Of a DNA stretch of 64,000 bases, positions 50,678 to 63,660 are shown piece by piece. Positions within the stretch are counted from its first letter, which is position 1; every line of letters begins with the position of its first letter. The notes under the pieces are model-generated. The model did no database searches. It saw nothing but the letters and a program-made list of their open reading frames with translations, and was not told where the DNA came from. Location of the stretch: assembly GCF_963921235.1 (NCBI RefSeq), contig NC_086097.1:18974001-19038000 (forward strand), in the 5' to 3' direction. This DNA is from Mobula hypostoma. Lineage: Eukaryota. The translations under genes were made by a program, and so were the position numbers.

Positions 50678-51210
50678 ACTCCGAGACCACTTTTTTTTAG
50701 GTTCACCTGTACACCTGCTTGTTAATGCAAATCCTATGGCAACAACTCAATGCATAAAAGCATGCAGGTATGGTCAAGAAGTTCAGCTGTTGTTCAGAAC
50801 AAACAGAATGGGGGAGAAATGTGATCACAGTGACTTTGACCGTGGAATGATTGTTGATGCCAGAGGAGCAGTTTGAGTATCTCCGAAACTGCTGATCTCC
50901 TGGGACTTTCATGCACAATTATCTCCAGTTTACAGGGAATGGTGCAAAAAAGAACGAAACCAAAATCATCCTGTGAGCGGCAGTTCTGTAGGTGAAAATG
51001 CCTTGTTAATGAAAGAGGTCAGAATGAAAAATGTTCAGAGTGATTCAAGCTGACAGAAAGATGACAGTAACTCAAATAACTACGTGTTAAAACAGTGATG
51101 TGTGGAAGAGCATCTCTGAATGCACAACAGATCAAACCTTGAAGTGAATGGGCTACAGCAGCAGAAGAGCAGGAACATATAGACAATACCTAATAAAGAG
51201 ACCACAGGTC
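50678..51210 (+). mobile_element. Tc1/mariner internal-deletion derivative
   Basis: MGEKCDHSDFDRGMIVDAR...SISETADLLGLS...QADRKMTVTQITT...MGYSSRR, with degenerate TIRs at both ends. Confidence 0.85.
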
Positions 51211-51601
51211 AAAGAGTACCTTAAATATCCTTACCATATTTGCTTCCACCTCCACCCCTGCATTCCAGGCAGCCACCACCAAATAAAACCTACCTCAGAC
51301 ATTTCCCCCCCCACCATACTTCCCTCCAATTATCTTAAAATTATGACCTCTTATATTAGACATTTCTGCCTTGGGGAAAAAGGTGCTGGCTTTGAACTCT
51401 ATGCTTCTTGTCGTTTTACACACACTTACATCCCATACATTCTGTACAGAGAGATTTCTTCACGCAGTGGATGGGGAATACATGAACTACTCTCTCCTGT
51501 GGGAGACGGGTCATCATTTTCACTTAAAATGGAGACTGATACGTTCCAGGGTATTAAGGGTCAAAGGAGATAGTGCTGAAAAACGGCAGTGAGGCAGATC
51601 A

Positions 51602-51739
51602 ACAAACAACAGGAATTCTGCAGATGCTGGAAATTCAAGCAACACACATCGAAGTTGCTGGTGAACGCAGCAGGCCAGGCAGCATCTATAGGAAGAGGCG
51701 CAGTCGACGTTTCAGGCCGAGACCCTTCGTCAGGACTTC
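51602..51739 (-). mobile_element. 138-bp PLE pLTR insertion beginning at the hammerhead
   Basis: 13-bp TSD gtgaggcagatca at 51589-51601 and 51740-51752. Confidence 0.9.
51701..51737 (-). ncRNA. Minimal hammerhead ribozyme, intact core
   Basis: Reverse complement: agtc-CTGACGA-a-ggg-tctcgg-cct-GAAA-cg-TC-gactg. Confidence 0.8.
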
Positions 51740-53269
51740 GTGAGGCAGATCACTAGTCATGCTTGAAATGAATGGCAGAGCACGTTTGATAGGCTGCCTA
51801 TCCACCCATCACTTATATTCTGTCCATGATGATCACCTCAGCTTTGTGGATGCATCACATTGACTAAGCGCTGCTCCAGCTCCAAGACCTGGTGTTCAGG
51901 CTACTGCAGCCAGAGGCATGAGCTACTTGCCAGATCACTACTAGTGCCCACATCTCCCCCTCGCAGCTGGGAATACACATTCCAAGTTCACCTTTACGGA
52001 TAAGACCATAATACCATGATACATATGAACAGAATTAGGCCATTTGGTTGCCAAGAGCATCACTAAGGACTCTGGAGTCTACACTTTGGAAAACTGGCAG
52101 TTTAGGTTATTGGCTGTGCTTATTGGTCTGTCCTAGGGGCTGATGGGAAAGTGGATAAAGTCTCCTCCCTTTGAGTATGTGCTTGGACAACTTTCTCAAT
52201 AAAACCATAAGGCAAAGAGTTCTAACATTTTCTGTCATGCATTCTTGTTTTTTTAAATCTGTTTTTGTGGATATCCGTGAAGAGTAAGAATTTCAGGTTG
52301 TATACTGTATAGATTCTCTGAAAGTAAATTGAACCATTGAACCATGGAATTAGGCCATTCAGCCCATCAAGTCTGCTCCGCATTCCATCATGGCTGATTT
52401 ATTTTCCCTCTCGACACCACCATGCTGCCTTCTCCCTGTAAACGTTGATGCCCTTCCTAATCAAGAACCTATCAACCTCTGCTTTACATATGCTAATGGC
52501 TTGGCCGCCACATTACCTGTGGCAGTGAATTCCATAGACTCACCTCCCCCTGGCTAAAGAAATTCTTCCTTGTCTCAGTTCGAAAGGGATGTCCTTCTGT
52601 TCTGAGAATGTGCCATCTGCTGGTCCTAGATTCTCCTACAAATGGACACATCCTCTCATATACACTCTAGGCTTTTCTAGAGCAGATAATGTATCAAGAA
52701 AAATCTTGCCAGGTAGCTCCCTGCATTCTGCCAATGAACTTCTTGGAACCGCTGTTAATCACAATGAAATGGAGGCTGAATAATGCAATGTTGCCCTTTT
52801 CAGTTTCTTGTTGAATAAAGGAACAGGGAACAATTACGCTCAGTACCCTGGGGCAGTGGTATTGTGAATGAAACCTGCACATATGGTAAACTATGCAATC
52901 CCCATAACACCAGACCATTCCTTTGTAAGCAGTCAGAGTTGTCCTGCTGATACCCAGAAGTGGTTAAAGCCCCTGACATGCTATCTGTTTTATGGAAAGG
53001 ACATTGAGCCCATCATTTTCTGTCTAGTTTATAAGCTCAAACACAGCCTCACTTAAAGTTCCCGATGTCGATATATTGTCTATGATCTTGCTGAGTGTAG
53101 GCTGGTTGGCCTGTTTCCATCAGGACAACAGGGACTGCTGTTCGTTAACTGCAGAGTGCCTTGGGCCATCCTAAGAATGGGAAAAGCTCTTTTGTTAAAT
53201 TACCCTCTTGAGTATTCCAGCTGCAGACTTGCAAGCTGTTCTTGCAAACACTCCAGAACAGAATTTTTT

Positions 53270-54200
53270 CTCTTCAGCTGCAGAAGACACCAAAATTGGT
53301 GATGTAGTAAATAATGAAAAAATTGGTGATATAGTGGATGTCTCAGGTCACAAGAGGATATTGATCAATGGGAAAGTGGACAAGCTGATGGCAGATGGAA
53401 TTTAGTAATGTGATGTAATGTATTTTGGGATATGAAGCCAAGGTGGGACGTACCGTACACAGTGAATAACAGGACCCTGCAGAGCATTGTTGACCATGGA
53501 GACCTAGGAGTACAAGTATTGGGGAACGAGCTTCCAGCAGAAGTGGTTGAGGCAGGTTCGATGTTGTCGTTTAAAGTTAAATTGGACAACTATATGGATG
53601 GGAAAGGAATGCAGGGTTATGGGGTGAGTGCAGGTCGGTGGGACTAGGTGAGAGTAAGAATTTGGCATGGACTAGAAGGGCGAGATGGCCTGTTTCCGTG
53701 CTGTAATTGTTATATGGTTATAAGTATGCAGTTTCCAGGAAGTGGCAACATGAGTAGACAGGGTAGTGAAGAAGTGGCAAGATCATAAGACATAGGAGCA
53801 AAATTAGACCTATTATGTCTGCTCATTACTTTCACGCTCAATTCCGTTCTCCTGCCTTCTTCATCTTTAACACCCTTACTAATCAAGAACCTATCAACCT
53901 CCACTTTAAATATACCCAATGACATAGCCTCCACAGCTGTCTGGGGCAATGAATTTAATGTGGCGTGCTTGCTTTCGTCAGCCGAGACACTGAATATAAG
54001 AAATGGGACATAATGATACAAAATGTTGGTGAGACCATACTTGGAGTATTGTGTGCAGTTTTGGCTACCACACCACAGGAAGGAGATGACTGGAATAGAA
54101 AGGGTGCCAAAAAATTGACAAGACTGTGTGGATTGGAGGGTTTGGGTAAACAGGGCATGGTTTCTCAAAGACGGCTGAGGGGTGACATGACAGAGGTAGG
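53270..54200 (+). mobile_element. Mosaic of old and nested CR1 fragments in both orientations
   Basis: AEDTKIG, DLGV, NELPAEVVEAGS and VRPYLEYCVQFW motifs. Confidence 0.75.
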
Positions 54201-54211
54201 TAGCCAGAGTA

Positions 54212-55272
54212 ATACAGACAAAATGCAGGAGGTGCTCTGCAGGTCAGGCAAAACAATAAACAGTCAATATTTCAGACCAAGACCCTTCATCAGGACTGGA
54301 AAGAAGGGAGAAGAAGCCAGAATTAAAGGTGAGGTAAGGAAGAGTACAAGCTAGAATCTGATAGGTGAAGGAGGGTGATGAAGTGAGAAGCTGGGAGGTG
54401 ATAGGTAGAAAAAGTAAAGGGCTGGAGAAGGAAGAATCTGGTAGGAGAGGAGCATGGGTGACCCTGTCTTCCCACTGCCCTAACAGGAATAGAGCTCCTC
54501 TTGTCCTTACCTGCCATCCCATGAGCCTTCACATCCAGCACATCGTTCTCCACAACTTCCACCAACTTCAAATGAATCCTACCACTAAACACATCTTTAC
54601 CTGTCCACTCCCCACTCTCCACTCGCCACTTTCCTCAGGGATTGCTCTCTCCAAGACTCCCCTGTCCTTTTGTCCCTCCCCACTAATCTCCCTCATGGCA
54701 CTTCGCCCTGCCAGTGCAAGTGCTACACCTGTCCATTCACCTCCCAACAGTCCTCGCTGGTGAGACAACACTTTACCTGGGAATCCACTGGGGTCAGCTA
54801 CTGTATCCAGTGCTCCACTGGGTCTCTATATTGGTGGGACCCAGTGTAGATTGGAGGATCACTTTGTCGAGCACTTTCACTCCATCGGCAACAAGCAGGA
54901 TTTCCTGGAGACCAATCATATTAACTCCAATCCACACTCCCATTCCGACAGGTCGGATCTACTGCCTCGATGAGACTACCCTCATGTTGGAGGAGCAGCA
55001 CCTCAAATTCCGTCTCAAAACAGATGGCATGACTCTCGATTTTTGCCCCTCCACTTCCTCTTCTGCCCCCTCCCTTATCTCTTATCTCCTCACCTGCCCA
55101 TCTCCTCACCCTGATACTCCGCATCCTTCCTTTTCTCCCACGGTCCTAATGAAGGGTCTCAGCCGGAAAAGTTGACAATTTATTCATTTCCAGAGGTGGT
55201 GCCTGGCCTGCTCAGTCCCTCCTGCATTTTGTGTTTTGTAACTCCGGATTTCCAGCATCCGCAGAATCTCCC
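54212..55272. mobile_element. Penelope-like element with inverted 5' pLTR
   Basis: Minus-strand pLTR at 54212-54460, then plus-strand NRNRAPLVLTCHP...IQHIVLHNFHQLQ...PTTKHIF, GIY-YIG relic and pLTR. Confidence 0.85.
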
Positions 55273-57780
55273 AGCAGAACCCGTTTTCCGACACAGAGGA
55301 ATCTGAAACTAGAGGGCTTAGTTTAAAGTGAGAGGGAGGGTGTTTAAAAGGGATATGAGGCAATTTTTTCCACAGGAAGAGTAGATAGTATTAGAATGAT
55401 GGAAAAGATAGTATTAGCCAGAACAGTAACAGCATTTAAGAGAATCTGTACAGGTAATTGAACGAGCAGCATGTAGAAGGATATGGTGCTAATGCAGGAA
55501 AACAGTATTAGTACCGATAGGCATGACGCATGATGTGATGGGCTGAATGGCCTGTTTCTACATGGCACATCTCTTTGACTGTGCAGAATCCTTACTGGTC
55601 ACATTTATAGTGACAGAGAGGACAGGACAGGACAGGCCCAGTTAGGAAGGGGCTGGTTCCAGGCCAGGAGGCAGGTACTATCTAACACTTGAGACCCTTT
55701 ACAAAGCTTGGCAGCCAATTGTAGATAGCCACTGATCTGCAGAGGAGATCTGAAACCATGGCCTCATCTACTTCAACCATGTTTCTCTTTTGACAACTCC
55801 ACCCTCCTTTCAACAGTTTGTCAACTGTCATGCAAGAGAAAATAGAGCATTGGATCTCTTGTACGCAAATGTTAAAGACGCATACAGCTCCACAGCTTGG
55901 TAGATCAGATCACAGCCTTGTTCACCTCATGCCCTTGTATCAGTCCAAAGTACAGCAACAGCAAGCTACCACCAAGATAGTAAAGAAATGGTCTCCAGAG
56001 GCCAACGAGGCCTTGAATGGCTGCTTTGTTACTGACTGGAATGTGCTTTGTGAACCATGTGGAGAGGACATTAACGGACTTTCTGATTGCATCTCTGGCT
56101 ACATCAGCTTCTATGTGGACAGGTCGATAGATCACAGATTTTAATGCCAACAGTGTTAAAGGGAAAGAAAACAATAAACGCTAGGCCAAACAGGGCCGTT
56201 AACTAAAACTCTCAAATGGAAGAAGAAGCCTACACTGCAGCTGAAAAGAACAACTAAGAATAAAACGAATACCGCTCTTCTTCAGAGTCAGTTGACTCAA
56301 CAGTCCAATTTCTCCTGCAAGGCAGAGTGCAGACAACAAAGCGTAACTATGTCCAAGTCTCGACAAATGCTGCGACGGAATGAATGGAGTTACATATTAT
56401 CACAACGAAATAATAATTAGCTGGTGCATGCATATTCACGCATGCAACTGCCAAGTCTGCTGCACTGCCGAATCCGTGGTTGTGACAGTAATACTTTATA
56501 CTTTTATTGTCGCTAAACAATTTATACTAGAACCTACAATCATCACAGCGATATTTAATACCATCAAGGACTATTTGCTGCTTCCCTAACAACAATCCAT
56601 AGGTCACCAGTGATCTGGAGGCTGTTTTCAAACACAAAAAGAGAGCCTTTAGATCAGGAGACAGGGCGGGATTGAAACGTGCAGAGGGAGCAAAAGGAGA
56701 AGATCAAGATGGCTGAAGAGGAATACAGGGAGAGAGTGGAGAACAAGCTTGGGCAGGGTAGCACATGGGAGGTGTGGAGTGGCATGAGGAACATCACTGG
56801 CTTCAATCAGCCTCGCGGTAGAGCCTCGGAATGCAGCCGTGAATAGGTTAATGAGTTAAACCAATTCTTCAATAGGTTTGACAATTACCCTCCTGTTCAC
56901 ACCCTCTCAGCACACCAGTCCTGATACCGGGGCAGCCAGTGCTCCCTCAGCACTAATGCCTCCCCTCCTCTATCCTCCCCCCTCCAGTTCAACACATGGA
57001 TGAACAACACAGGCTACCAGCTCCACTTACCAACTGTTATCATCCCAGTCTCCACCTCCCCTGCCCCTGTCATCCACCAACTCCCCAGTCATCATGGACT
57101 CATCTTCACTACTGAGCAGGTCAGGAGGGCTCTGGGGAAACTCAGACATGGCAAAGCATTGGGACCGGATGGTGTGAACCCCAAGGTTCTGAAGGAGTGT
57201 GCTGAGCAGCTGTGTGGAATTCTCCAGAGCATTTTCAATCCGAGTCTCAGCCTGGAAAGGGTTCCAACTGTATGGAAAACATCATGTATGGTCCCAGTAA
57301 CCAAAAAGGGCCAACCAGAAGTCTTGAGTTCAGTGTCCCTGACCTCACACATCAGGCTGGTCCTGGCTCACCTCCGACCCCTGGTCAGATCAGCCCTCGA
57401 TCCCCTGTAGTTTTCCTACTGGGAGTACATTGGAGTTGACGATGCTGTCATCTACCTGTTGAACAGAGCCTACTCCCACTTTCAGGACTGTGAGGATCAT
57501 GTTCTTTGATTTCTCAAGTGCCTTCAATACCATACAGCCCTCATTGCTGGGGGAAAGGCTCCGTTCAATGCAGGCTGGCACTTCCATTGTATCCTGGATA
57601 ATGGACCACCTGACTGGCAGACCACAATTTGTGCCGCCTCAGAGTTGTGTGTCAGACACGGCTATCAGCAGCACTGGGGCCCCACAGGGGATTGTATTGG
57701 CTCCCTTCCTGTTTACCCCATTTACCTCAGACTTTAGATACAACACCGGGCCAGTGTTGCAGAAATTCCCTGATCACTCA

Positions 57781-59642
57781 TTAGGAGAGCCAGAAGGGGC
57801 CATGAGAAGGCCTTGGCGAGCAGGATTAAGGAAAACCCCAAGACATTCTACAAGTATATGAAGAGCAAGAGGATAAGACGTGAGAGAATAGGACCAATCG
57901 AGTGTGGAAGTGTATGGAACTGGAGGAGATAGCAGAGGTACTTAATGAATACTTTGCTTCAGTATTCACTACGGAAAAATTCATTGACGATTTTAGGGAT
58001 GACTTACAGTGGACTGAAATGCTTGAGCATATAGACATTAAGAAAGAGCTGGAGCTCTTTTGGAAAGCACCAAGTTGGATAAGTCACTGAGAACGGATGA
58101 GATATACCCCAGGCTACTGTGGAGAGGCGAGGGAGGAGATTGCTGAGCCTCTGTCAAAGATCTTTGCATCATCAGTGGGGACAGGAGAGGTTCTGGAGGA
58201 TTGGAGAGTTACAGATGTTGTTCCCTTATTCAAAAAAGGGAGTAGAGATAGCCCAGGAAACTATAGATCATTGAGTCTTACTTCAGTGGTTGGTAAGTTG
58301 ATGGAGAAGATCCTGAGAGGCAAGATTTATGAACATTTGGAGAGACATAATATGATTAGGAATAGTCAGCATGGCTTTGCCAAAGGCAGGTCGTGCCTTA
58401 CAAGCCTGATTGAATTTTTTGAGGATGTGATTAAACACATTGATGAAGATAGAGCTGTAGATGTAGTGTATATGGATTCAGCAAGGCATTTGATAAGGTA
58501 CCCCATTAAAGGCTTTTTGAGAAAGTAAGGAGGCATGGGATCCAAGGGGACTTTGTTTTGTGGATCCAGAACTGGCTTGCTCATAGAAGACAAAGAGTGG
58601 TTGTAGATGGATCATATTCTGCATGGAGGTCAGTTACCAGTGGAGTGCCTCAGGGATCTGTTCTGGGACCCCTTCTCTTTGTAATGTTTATAAATGACCA
58701 AGATGAGGACGTAGAAGGATAGATTTGTAAATTTGCTGATGACACAAAGGTTGGGTGTGTTGTGGATGGTGTGGAAGGATGTCAGAGTTTACAGCGGAAC
58801 ATCGATAGGATGCAAAACTGGGCTGAGAAGTGGCAGATGGAGTTCAACCCAGATAAGTGTGAGGTCTTTCACTTTGGTAGATCAAATATGATAGCAGAGT
58901 ACAGCATTAATGGTAAGACTCTTGGCAGTGTGAAGGATCAGAGGGATCTTGGGGTCCGGAGTCCATAGGACACTCAAAGCTGCTGCGCAGGATGACTGTG
59001 TGGTTAAGAAGGCATACGGTGCATTGGCCTTCATCAACAGTGGGATTAAGTTCAAGAGCTGAAAGGTAATGTTACAACTATACAGACACTGGTCAGACCC
59101 CACTTGGGATACTGTGCTCAGTTCTGGTCGCCTCACTACAGGAAGGATGTGGAAACTATAGAAAGGGTGCAGAGGAGATTTACAAGGATATTGCCTGGAT
59201 TAGGGAGCATGCCTTATGAGAGTAGATTGAGTGAACTCGGCCTTTTGTCTTTGGAGCGATGGAGGATGAGAGGTGACCTGATAGAGGTGTATAAGTTGAT
59301 GAGAGGCATTGGTCGTGTGGATAGTCAGGAGCTTTTTCCCAGGGTTGAAATGGTTTGCCACGAGAGGACACAGTTTTAAGGTGCTGGGGAGTAGGTACAG
59401 AGGAGATGTCAGGGGTAAATTTTTTACGCAGAGAGTGGTGAGTGCGTGGAATGGGCTGCTGGCGATGGTGGTGGAGGCGGATACAATAGGGACTTTTAAG
59501 AGACTCTTGGTTAGGTACATTGAGCTTAGAAAAACAAAGGGCTATGGGTAACCCTAGGTAATTTCTAAAGTAAGTACATGTTGGGCACAGCATTGTGGGC
59601 TGAAGAGCCTGTATTGTGCTGTAGGTTTTCTATGTTTCTATG
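57781..59642 (+). mobile_element. CR1 LINE (5'-truncated ORF2) nested in Rex1/Babar
   Basis: [37 protein letters not shown]; ttctatgtttctatg tail; TSD actca at 57776-57780 and 59643-59647. Confidence 0.95.
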
Positions 59643-59937
59643 ACTCAGCGATAATTGGGTGTACATAAGGAGGACAGGAGGATGAGTACAGGGCCCTGGT
59701 GGAGAATTTTATAAAATGGTGCAAACTGAATCATCTGCAGCTCAATATCAGTAAGACAAAGGAGATGGAGATGGACTTTAGGAAGACTAAGCCTGCATTG
59801 CTCCCTGTTACTACTGATGGTGAAGATGAGGATGTGGTGAGGACCTACAAGTACCTGGGGGTGCACCTGGATGGCAGACTGGAATGGAGCACCAACACAG
59901 AGGCTGAGTACATGTAGGACCAGAGTTGCCTCTACTT

Positions 59938-60590
59938 AGTTTAGATTAGATTAGATTAGATTAGATTATGAGGACATGCAATCCTCTTTTTTTTGTCATT
60001 TAGTAATGCATGCTTTAAGAAATGAGACAATATTCCTCCGCTGTGATATCACAAAACACAGGACAGACCAAGACTGGAAAAAGCTAACAAAACCACATAA
60101 TTATAACATATAGTTACAACAGTGCAACAATACCATAACTTGATAAAGAACAGTCTATGGCACAGTAAAAAAATTCAGTCTCTTAAAAGTCCCACATCTT
60201 ACGCGGACGGGAGAAGGAAGAAAACTCTCCCTGCCATGCCCGACCACAGTCTGACTCTGAGTCGTCCGAAAACTTCGAGCTCTGATCAACCCTCCGACAC
60301 CGAGTACCGAGCGCCATCTCTATCCGAATGCTTCGACCTCAGCCTCGGTCGCCAGCAGCAGGCAAAGCCGGGGATTTTGGGGCCTTCCCTCCGGAGATTC
60401 TCGATCGCTCAGTAGCAACAGCAGCGAATCAGGCATTTCAGAAATTTCTCCAGATGTTCCTCTGCTTCTCAAGTCTGTCTCCATCAAATCAGAATTGTCC
60501 ACAGCCCCTATTTAACGGATAGGATATCATTTCACCTGAGAGCTGCGCGCGCTGCATCGCACTGCCATCTTGTCCTCCCGCCGTACATGT
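59938..60590 (-). mobile_element. Probably full-length copy of the CpG-rich (TCTAA)n non-coding retroposon
   Basis: TSD tactt at 59933-59937 and 60591-60595; minus-strand 5' end ggcgggaggacaagatggcag. Confidence 0.85.
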
Positions 60591-62054
60591 TACTTCCTGA
60601 GGAGACTGAGGTCCTTGGTAGTATGCAGGCTTCTCCTTCACATGTCCTACCAATCTATAGTCGCCAGTACAATCTTCTATACGGTGGTGTGCTGGGGAAA
60701 TGGCATCAAAACGGGTGATGCCAACAGCCTCAATAAACTGATTAGAAAGACTGGCTCTGTTCTTGGAGTCAAACTGGACACACTGGAGGCTGTGGTAGAA
60801 TAAAGGACACAATAGAAAATGCTGGCAATTCTGGACAATATTTCTCACCCTCTGCATGCCACCTTGGCTGAACAGAGGAGCACTTTTAATGATAGACGAA
60901 GACAACTGTGCTACCCCAAAGAGCGCTATATAAGGTCATTCTTACCCTTGCCTATTAGGGTCTATAATGAGTTAACCAATAGCCGGGGAAGTGATGACCC
61001 CCATCCTCTTAGACTGTCTGTAGTCATTTATTTTTTTTATTCTTTCTACTTCTCTTCTAATATATCTATTTGTGCATTTGTAATGCTACTGTGACACTGT
61101 AATCTTCTTTGAAATCAATAAAGTATCTACAGTATCTATCTATCTGCTGTCATGGTGCATAATACATGAAAGGACTTTGTCCAGTGCCATGGCCAACACG
61201 TACCTGTTGGCTCAGCTCGTAGATTGTTTGTGGGATGTACTATATGTCAAAAGAACAATTAGATGTCCGTTCAAGTAAGAACTCTTCAGAAGTAATTCAT
61301 TAACCAAGACGCACACTACCCCTCTCTTCCCCACTCCTGTTCTCACCCAAGACAGCTTTAGAGGATCTTTTAATTATCACATTAGTTGACATCACAGCCA
61401 TAGTTGAATGGTCTTGGCCTGAAATGTCTACTGTTTATTTAGTTCATTCGATGCTGCCTGACCTGCTGAGTTCCTCCAGTATCTTGTGTGTGTTGCCAAG
61501 CCAAACTTCCTGTTGTATATTGCATATTGCCAGAGAACTTCAGTACTGTGTTAAAGACATAGGCGTGTGTGTATATATATAGCGAAGGCGGAGCACCGTG
61601 GGAGGGGTATGGGACAGGTGGCATATAAGGAATGGCAGGAAGGGCGTGAGATGGTGTTGGTGCAGATACATCCAGCCCTGAGGCACCCGTCAAGGTCATT
61701 TGATTCCAGACAATTGGTTTATTGATCATCATAGAATGTCTCTCTAATGCTTCCCACTCCCTCCCTTTCCTTTCCCCTTTTCTCAATCATGATTCCCCTC
61801 TCCCTGCCCCTTTCCACTTATCCGTCCATGATAGAGACCCATAGCAGCATCAGGTCTATCAGCACTCATATATGTCATGAAATTTGTCTTTTTATGTAGC
61901 AGCAGTACAGTGCAAAACGTAGCTATATCATCATCATCATTATGTGCCATACCATAACCTGAGCGACCATGGTCTTAACCGTGATTGTTCTTGACAATTT
62001 TTTCTACAGAAGTGGTTTGCCCTTTTTTCAGCAGTGCAATATATAAAATGACCA

Positions 62055-62126
62055 CACTACTATGCAAAAGTCTTAGGTTCCCCAGCTACATAGTATATAT
62101 GTGCCTAAGACTTTTGCACAGCACTG
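62055..62126. mobile_element. About 70-bp Tc1-like MITE consisting almost entirely of TIRs
   Basis: tactatgcaaaagtcttagg and cctaagacttttgcacagcac; same TIR as 34476-35657. Confidence 0.8.
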
Positions 62127-62344
62127 TTACTGGAGTGGGAACAATTGCAGTCAATGCCTGAAGCAGGTTCTGTTGCTTTCCACTGTAGTTACCTTCAGGC
62201 ATGAGTTTCCCTGTGTAGGTGGATACCTGATTATTGACAAGGAATACGATGAGGCTGGGGAGCATGTTTCTGTGAAGTACGACCTTGTGTAAATATGGGC
62301 AGGTGCATTACCGAGGCAACTGAGAAAAGGGAGAACCTAAGTAC

Positions 62345-62515
62345 AAGAGATTCTGCAAATGCCGACAACCCAGAATAACACATACAAAATGCTGCAGAAC
62401 TCAGCAGATCAGGCTGCATCTGTGGAGAGGAATAAAAAGTCAATGTCTCAGGCCAAGACCCTTCTTCAATACTGCCTGGCCTGCTGAGTTCCTCCAGCAT
62501 TCTATGTGTCTTACT
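62345..62515. mobile_element. Inverted PLE pLTR pair
   Basis: Minus-strand block at 62345-62472 followed by plus-strand ctgcctggcctgctgagttcctccagcatt. Confidence 0.75.
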
Positions 62516-62954
62516 TTGAGGAAAGGGAGTAGGTGGTTGCTAGAGGATGACAGGAGATGCTTTTCAGAAGTGTTTCATTGGTTGGACAGTACTTAAGTCC
62601 TTCCTATGGGTGTGAACAGTTCACTGGACAATGATGGCAGTTCTGCTGTGCCCAAGGTGCAACCCAATAGGGCTTAAACTGGTGTCCAATCTCTCTCAGC
62701 ATAATGCTTTCCTCTGCCATTTCTGCATGCCAGAAAACATCTCCATTTTAGTCCTGTCACTGTTGAGCTGCACTGTATATCCACGTTACTGAGCGTGTTT
62801 CATGGTATGTTTCAGATGCAGGTTGTAAACCTCAGCAATGAATTGCTCCCGTAGAAAACTAGATTGAAATTGTGGCCGTTTCTGAGTGTGTACTTGGGAC
62901 ATAGGTCATGATTTAGTGAGAGCAACACAGGCTTCAATACTTGAGCAGCAAATA

Positions 62955-63383
62955 ATCGAAGCGCTCGGCAGAGATGGTGCTCGGTGCTCGGTGTCAGAGG
63001 GCTGGTCGGAGGCTCGAAGTTTTCGGGCGGACTCAAGAGTCGGCCGTGGTCGGGTGCTGCATCGGCAAGTTTACAGCGCTGGAGGTTCATGGCAGGAAGA
63101 GTTTCTCCCTTCTACCGTCTGCTTGAGATGATGGGACTTTCGAGAGACTTTGAGACTTTTTTTTACCATGCCCATGGTCTGCTCTTTATCAAATTACGGT
63201 ATTGCTTTGTACTGTTGTAACTATATGTTATAATTATGTGGTTTTGGTCAGTTTTTTTGTCTTGGTTTGTCTTGTGTTTCTGTGATATCACACCGGAGGA
63301 ACATTGTATCATTTCTTAATGCATGCATTACTAAATGACAATAAAAGAGGACAGAGTGTCCTCATAATCTAATCTAATTTAAT
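62955..63383 (+). mobile_element. 5'-truncated copy of the (TCTAA)n non-coding retroposon
   Basis: Matches 10108-10533; 3' hairpin gaggacagagtgtcctc followed by ataatctaatctaa. Confidence 0.85.
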
Positions 63384-63397
63384 CTTCTTGAGGAGCT

Positions 63398-63660
63398 CAG
63401 CACCACGATAGCATAGCAGTTAGTGAGACGCTATTACAGCTCAGTGCATCGCAGAGTTCGGAGTTCATTTCTGGCACTATTTTGTACAACCTCCCCGTGG
63501 AATGCATGAGTTTTCCCCTGGTGCTCTGATTCCCTCCTACACTCCGTGGGTTAATTGTCATTGTAACTTGTCCTGTGATTAGAATTGGGTTAATCGTGGT
63601 TGTGCGGTTGCTAGGGCAGCATGGTTCGAAGGGCCAGAAGGGTCTGCCCCGTGCTATATA
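63398..63660 (+). mobile_element. V-SINE
   Basis: tagcatagcagttag head, ggagttcatt, V domain tttgtacaacctccccgtgg...gtgctctgattccctcct, CR1-like tail. Confidence 0.7.

Larger units (their letters stand above)
55790..61145 (+). mobile_element. Long Rex1/Babar LINE relic with several nested insertions
   Basis: LGRSDHSLVHL, KALGPDGVNPKVLKECAEQL, RIMFFDFSSAFNTIQP, TGAPQGIVLAPFLF, LNISKTKEM, YKYLGVHLD, YFLRRLRS, SHPLH; (TATC)n tail. Confidence 0.92.

Noticed and set aside
63396..63416. REST/RE1-like motif tcagcaccacgatagc
   Set aside because: Spacing is off by one and the right half-site is poor; it overlaps a V-SINE head.
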